Assembly (NCBI GenBank): GCA_002633005.1
Contig: NMRA01000538.1
Coordinates: 124,001 to 188,000, forward strand
From: Phoronis australis
Taxonomy: Eukaryota; Animalia; Phoronida
DNA length: 64,000 bases
Direction: 5' to 3'
Part shown: positions 56,964 through 64,000 of the stretch, in pieces
Layout: each line of letters starts with the position of its first letter
Numbering within the stretch: position 1 is the first letter of the stretch
The notes under the pieces: model-generated
Told to the model about the DNA's origin: nothing
The model's input: the letters and a program-made list of their open reading frames with translations, nothing else
The model's database searches: none
Translations under genes and position numbers: made by a program

Positions 56964-59900
56964 CTGCGATGCACAAAACAAAAAAAAAGTTTAAATGATT
57001 GGATGGGAGGGTTCATTCAGATCTAGCTTCTCTTTTAAGTGATGCATATAATTAGCTGAGAATGCTTCTATTTACAACATAGAGAATCCTACAGGAGTCT
57101 CAAAATCCTACACAAGTGTCGCGATTTTGATGAAATTTCCAAGAAGTTTTGCCCATGTCATAAATTTGAGTCGAGTGTAGGATTCGTTTTCTCACATGAA
57201 CTGTAAAATTGATCTTTTCTGCTGAAAAACTCAACATGTTTAAAACTTTCAACCACACAATGTAGCTTTTGTAAAAACACACTTGCGCATTATAAAGTAA
57301 TTCAATTACTTCTTTTTATAGTTTTGTTTTACGCTTAACAATTGTAAATTGCATTCAGCTTTCATAGCAAATATTCAAGTTAGAATCCAATTGTCTTTGA
57401 AGTTGTAATTTTAAAATTTTAAAAATGTTAAAAATAACAGTCAGCAAGGCTACCTTGCGTGAGCACTGAATTGACCTTGAGACAGCAGATCTAAACTGAG
57501 TCTCGCCGCGTTTCTTGAGTTGGGGCTCGTCTCCGAACGTGGATATGGAATTCAACGCGGCCAAAGATGGGCCCATATAAGAAGTTGTTTGCATGTCCTT
57601 CTGACTGGGAGTACGTACAGTTGCGACACACGATTTGTCAATCACAAGCTTGTCATGTTCTCGGAATTCCAGCATTGTTTATTTGGCGCGCATTTGGTTG
57701 TTTTAGTGTTCTGCAGACGATAAAATGTAAGGCGTATGGATTTCTACTTTGCACTACATTGTGATTCGCCTATGTAATATACAAAATTATGTACTCAGTG
57801 TTATTAACCAGTCATGTCGTAACACATTCCAGGTCATGTGAGAACACCTCATAAGAAACAGTAATTACCCTCACTACTGACCTAGCGAATCCTAGCTTCT
57901 TTGATGAGCCCCCTAATGAGAATAAAATGAGGACAGAACCCTGCTTGGGCTGACCACCTGGCTGCAGAAATTCAAAAGATTTCAAAGATTTCTCCAAAGC
58001 AATTCTTATTTCATTTAAAGGAAATGTTTACGGCATGTTGGCTACACTGTACCTGCAAGAGATTAAAAGGGAAAGCAAATTAAATGTTCTTGGCATTGCC
58101 TTCACCAAAATTGCAGATCCCTGGTTGTTCAGATATTCATCATGCAAATTTACTGTTCCCTGATGTGTATATATTGTCCATGTGCCATCTTGGTTCAGTG
58201 CATCAAACCTATTGAGCAAACGTGAATGACCTGTACTTTTGAGCGAGCAGGACCGTCGTTTTCAACAGGGAAAAGAATTCAGAAGCAAGAGATGGACCTC
58301 TTCCAGAGGGCCTTAACTTCCCTTTCTATTATTCATGCCAAGTAGACAGTAATGAACACAGAATATTGAACCTTCAAGATAAAAAGAGACCAATGTTGTT
58401 ACTTGTGCAACCTTTTTACCTTTAAATTTTTTCACATAAGTCCGTTGTTTGCTTTAAATGTTTGATATTTTAAGGAAAATGTACATCACAAAACTCGACC
58501 GGTAACATCTCTTAAATTATCAGTCTCAAATATCACCTTTGTGAACCCATGACATATCAAACTGAGTAGCCATAATAAGGCTATATTATACAATGTCCCT
58601 GTGTTTTTGTAAATTTGAATACACGCAGCTTAAGGAAAGTTGTAACTTGTTATAGGTATGGGTTGTTGTCTAAAAAGCATTCAGTCAATTTTAAGACAAT
58701 TTTAGACACTTTACTCACAGCACCACCTTCAGAAAAATTAACAACTACATCAACATGTCCATTGCAAAATGGCGTCGATCGACTTATGATATGTAATTGG
58801 TCAAGGGCAACAAATTTGATGGATAACATTTGTCGTTTTTTGATAATTAAGAACTATATTACAATTATCATATGGTATCTACTAGTGAAACGCCTGAATT
58901 TCATTTGAGTTCTCCAAGTACATGTAAAGAATCCTACACAGACTACCTCATTGGTCAGGTTTGGACAACTGACCCGCTAACCTTAAGCTCTGCAGTTATC
59001 TTCAAAGGAACTATCCAGCTTCAGTTGATGTCATCCTTCTCTGGAGATTATTAATCAGGCACGAAAATTGTTCATCATAAACATGGTTGTAAATACTGGG
59101 GGGAAGAATAATATTGTTTAAATTTTCATTTTGAAAATTTTTAAAAACATATATGAAAAGTTTGTGAAAAGTAGACATAGTTTGGTTTTTGAATTCTGAA
59201 AACAGACGAGAAATGTGGCTTTTATAAGATAAAACCAAGAAGAATCAACAGCCAATATTCTGCTTCATTGATTCTCTGTGCAGGCAACTTGTTTGTAACA
59301 TTATGTGCCAATTACCATGGGTCATAAACCAGCAGATAGAAATTGAGGAAAGCCTAATGTCATCTTACAATTATGGGCATGTGAAAAAAGTCCGATTCCA
59401 TGAATTCCTTTTTCCGTTATCGTAGAAAATCAGAGTCTCTATGAATGCAAGTTGACGTAAATTGAGACAGCAAAGTGAAGAGTCCACACAGTGCAACCAC
59501 TAACATTATCCTCTGTATCTCAGTCCCTAAACATAAGAACCTGGTCATAAAAGTAAACAAACTATGGCTTAAGCTGCTCATACCACAGAATTAGCTTTGC
59601 AAATGGATTGCAACAGGATATGACTGACAATGGCATAAAAACAGAATGTAGATAAAAATGGCTTTAGGTTAATGAAAAATCTATCCCAATCCAATTACAC
59701 TGAACATCCGTTTATTTATCTCTAACATAGAGACAAAGCAAACTTTAACAGGAAATGTCAAGAAAGTTGTCAACAAGCAATCATTAAGCAATTAGAAAAC
59801 TGCTTAAGCACAGAAGTGGAGATAATGCCATCTCAATGAAAAAGATTAGTCAATCATAATCAAAAAACAAAACCAGCTGACATGTACACTCATATTACAA

Positions 59901-61574
59901 TCTGTCAAACTTATCACTTGCAATGAAATCAGCAGTTCAGTAAAAAGACTTTCACAGTATTGTGCATTCTGTGGAACTTGTCCAGTGGCTGTAACTATTC
60001 AAGATTCATTAACCAAAATACGGTAGTATTTGGCAGAGTTACGCCCCCACTGATGACCCCCAACTGTAAGTATACATGTTCAAGCTTTTGCAGTTATTTT
60101 TCTGATATGAAAAGTAAACGTGGGATGAAAATGTACAAAAAATCATCTTTAATTGGGTGATAATTATCAACTTCCAAACATCCTTCCTTTCTGTTACCAA
60201 AGAAACTTTTTTCTAGTTTTTCTTCTGTGAATATGGTTTTGTTTTTGATTAAAATGATGATTGAACAATATATGCGTGTCATTTTTCTTAATTACCGTTT
60301 CTAAACCTTATACTCTAGGCACTGCAAATTGTCCTCTTTGTTACTGTCGACAGTTAACTGATGATTGACAGCTAAGCACAATATCCTGAATAACATTCAC
60401 CTTTTGAGATAAATGAGTTACGTAACCACTTAATAGTCCCATTGTTGAGTTTTGTGCACTTTGTTAAGGTGTTCTCACATTAGTTAGTTTTCAGTCCAGA
60501 ACATAATTAAGACCATCACGACAATCCATTGTATCAAATCATCATCTTTCTCACTAGATCGCTTCATCGTACTCGAGATGTCGCTACGCTGTATCGCAAT
60601 ACAGACGGACAACAAATGACACTTCTATTCTTATTTTGAGACATGCTTAACTTTAACCATAAGGTGTTATGGGCGTGATAGACTGGCCAGAAAATGCTCC
60701 CCTCATTTTTGGGTCGGTCAAAATTCCTGAGTAAACCACATGCCAGGTTTGGCAGGTAACATGCCATTTCACACTAATACACATTAGCTGATGGCATTAA
60801 GACAAGAGTTGCCTAACGGAACAACACGTCTGTTTTCACTTTTTCGCTCTTCTGGCGATTTAAACTAATAGAAGATTCGAAATTTTCATAAAATTTTACC
60901 CTCTACATGTCACTTCATAAATATCGGTGAAGTTTTAGCTGAGGTCTCTTCAGTCAGATCAGCTGAGTTTAAAGTAATTTTTAGTGTTACTACGTGACAA
61001 AGCGGTTTCCTTTGTTTTGAATTTTATATCCATTAAGAATTTAATTTACACTTATAATTTCAAAGTAAATAAACAGAAATTAGTATGGAATATCAGTAAA
61101 CCTGAGTTACAATTCCTGAGTTAAAATTCCTGAGAAAGTAACAAATTTCACAAATTTATGAATCTGCAACGGTCTAATTTTCGCAGTGCCACAGTATTCT
61201 AAGTAATTCGTTTTCGTGGGAGTCGTGAGCACATGTGTGAGCTGTAAAGTTTTGTCGTTTTTTGCCGTTTCAAAATGAGAGCGACGGGTGACCGTGTTCA
61301 AGCACGTACATTTTTGTCGTAAAGCAAAAATCCCGATGGAATGACACTGAAAATGTTGAAAATTTACCAAAAGTTTTTGCTTCAAAATTTCATCTAAATT
61401 ACACGAGAATTACTGAAAAAAGGTTTTTTATGGTCTTGGTGAAGGAAATGTTTGTAAGTAAAATCAACTTACTCAGAAACCAGAGGTTTAAGAGTTTGAA
61501 TGTTTTGAACTGTGTTCTACAGTTCTTTATCAACAAATGGTGCGGGGCGTCTTGGTTTCCGGTCATTCTGTTCT

Positions 61575-61700
61575 CCGGAAGTAGTATGGCATCATAGATG
61601 AGCGGAAGTTGCAAACCTTGATCACTATTCATGGAGGACTTGTTGGTTTTGATGTATATGGATTCTTTGATCTTTCCAGAGAACCAGTTTCCACTTTGGC
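61575..61700 (-). mobile_element. Penelope-like retroelement relic (C-terminus of GIY-YIG region)
   Basis: Frame reads NWFSGKIKESIYIKTNKSSMNSDQGLQLPLIYDAIL, fitting the recalled Penelope C-terminal pattern W..R.IKEaIyI...slNrd.G..Lp..Y...L. Confidence 0.6.
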
Positions 61701-64000
61701 CAAATTGTCAAAAAAGTGCTGTACTGTGTAAACTTAATGTTGGCAGTGTTACTGGTAAATTTTGCCGCTGAAAAGTGAATATTGTGTTGAAGTTCAAGGC
61801 ATCTCACCATTCACTTAAAAGTAATTCCATTGCCAGACCAGGCATAATTAACATGTTTATTGCCCCCCACAGCCGCACGGGGAATGAACTATTGAAATCG
61901 CTGATAAAAGTGTGTCAAGTTCATAGTCCCTGTAACCCCTTAGATTCTGTCACGATCATTTCGCGTTATGCTGCGTGTAAAAGAGTATAAAAAGATATTG
62001 CATTTTGATTTCAGATTTCCTATTAAAAATTAATATTTCATTTTATAAGTCAGATTGCCCGCACAGTTTTTGTTCTTTGTAGATTAATAGGCAATGTCAT
62101 GGTTCAGAAGTTTAACTTTTAAAATACATCAACTTAAACTTCAGGTTAAACTGTTATGGTATATTGTTGTTTCACTCTTTAGAATATTTGCAAGTACAAT
62201 TTGCCATTGCGTGGTTTCTAGAACTATTCTAACACACTATAAAGTCAGTTGAATGTGTCATATGAGTTAAAAGTAGTCACAAACGTTGTCAGGAAAAGAC
62301 TGGGAATAGTTCAATGTTAATAAATTTCAAGGGGTTGCCAACAATGTGGCACAAAGCTCAATATCATGCATCATGTCAAAAGCCATGAGCACCAATGCTC
62401 ACTGGCCATAAGGCAGCTTAAGCAGATGATGACAGAATGAATCCCACTGGATTTTCCAAGTGGCAGTCTCTACATATCCCATGTTCCATCGGTTTTTTAC
62501 TCCTGTGAACAAGACCTTTGCAGACATAGTTTTATCAACATAACACATGCATTTTTATTGGCTTAGAAAACATTAACGCCCATGCCCCTATAAGCACCCC
62601 CCACGCGTTTTCAGACTTCGCTAAAATAAGCGCCCACCCCATGAATGTGTGCACGCAAAAAATACCTTCCCTATAGTTTTGAAATTCTACAGTAACGTCT
62701 TCAATTTATCAATATGATTCGACTGTGACTATACACATCAATCTTCCGCCACGCCTCAAAAAGAATGCACAAGTTTTGCTGATCTTGCGAGAAACATGTC
62801 CCATTATGGTCTGGTTTTTCAGAACAGCTGCAGCGTAGTTGTCAAAGGGATTGTATTGTATCTTCTCTCTCAACAGGAATACAAATTACTTTGTACACGT
62901 GAAAGCTGTGAATCGAAAACTAATAAAAACTTGACCGATGATAAAAACATGTGACGAGGAAGCGCGCGCTACATACCTGTCATCAAAGACATTAGTCATC
63001 AGAAACTATCCACTGATCAAAAGGGTAGCATAGCATCGACAATGAATAAATAAATATTGGCACTAATTTCTGAAAGTTTCTAATATCGTAAAAACGTTTG
63101 CATTATTTTCATGAGGAATTATTTAATTAATCATAATCATGATAGTCAGCACGTCCGCACCCTTCACCCCAGAACCTCCTCAAAAATAACTTTTAGACTG
63201 TCACGCATCCAGTCACCCGGCGACTCACCGAGACAATTCTCGAACGTTTTTCACAGATGACATCAACAAGTGCTGAATAAGACACGTTCTGCTTTACTGC
63301 TTGCATTAATTTCTTAAGCTACAATGCACACCTAGATTGTTACATTGCCTTTACTCTGGCAAATGAAATCTGATGACACGCACGCCCTCGCTCACTCACA
63401 CACATGCAGACGAACTTCAAAACAAACGTCACATGACAACAACGTGTGTTCGTTCAATACAGTAGAATTCGATGAACAAATTTTACAGACTATCAGCCGA
63501 AAACACATTGGCTACTTTTTGGAAACTAAATACACCTAGTATACCAAAATATAACAACAAAGAAGCAGAAAATGGGATGAGTTTCCTCAGAAATAGGGAC
63601 ATTTTGAACAGCCAATTGTAATTCAATAAGTTTTAATTACTCAAACCTCCCTATAGCCTTTGTGAACTTACTTATGGATGTAACATTACATCCTTCATCC
63701 ATGCTGCTCGTCGAGTGTTGAACATAGAGAAAACTTTTCTTGCGTTCAGCAGTACACCAAGCACTGCAGGACATGTCCGACTTGCAACACACTACGTGCA
63801 AAGTTAAACAGTCATGTATCTTTCCTCCTTAACAATCAAACGTATTCAATAGCAGTCACCATTTACAGCAAAACGAACAGCACACTGATAACTGCTTCAG
63901 AAAAGTTCAGTGGAATGCATAGTGATATTTTGCTGGATTTCAAATGAGTATGGCGTCCATAACACCACATGTTGTTGAATACCTTCTGTTCCTCGCTTAG

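Overview
AT-rich, intron-rich metazoan (invertebrate-type) nuclear DNA from a draft assembly with N gaps. Most short ORFs in the track are spurious; the genes below were rebuilt by hand from GT-AG exons with consistent phases. There are four genes. (1) The 5' part of an ANKRD60-like gene (ubiquitin-like domain) on the minus strand, running off the left edge. (2) A 9-exon NDUFV2 (complex I 24-kDa subunit, + strand, 3681-11353), head-to-head with it and carrying an apparent 1-nt frameshift in exon 7. (3) A >41-kb cyclic-nucleotide-gated channel beta-subunit gene (CNGB/TAX-2 type, minus strand, 15546 to at least 56963). (4) A RING/B-box/coiled-coil/filamin/NHL (TRIM-NHL) gene with an uninterrupted ORF, nested antisense in a CNGB intron (27121-29184). 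The top finding is two diverged (35/49 aa identical), equal-length, same-phase copies of the CNGB exon encoding the phosphate-binding cassette to C-helix, a candidate mutually exclusive exon pair. Also notable: the nested TRIM-NHL ends in a CaaX-like CCVS that overlaps a perfect splice donor, and Helentron-like non-autonomous elements carry ~150-bp-spaced arrays of CTCF-consensus motifs. Three near-identical tandem duplications sit exactly at N junctions and are treated as assembly artefacts. No database searches were possible; family calls rest on motif recognition.
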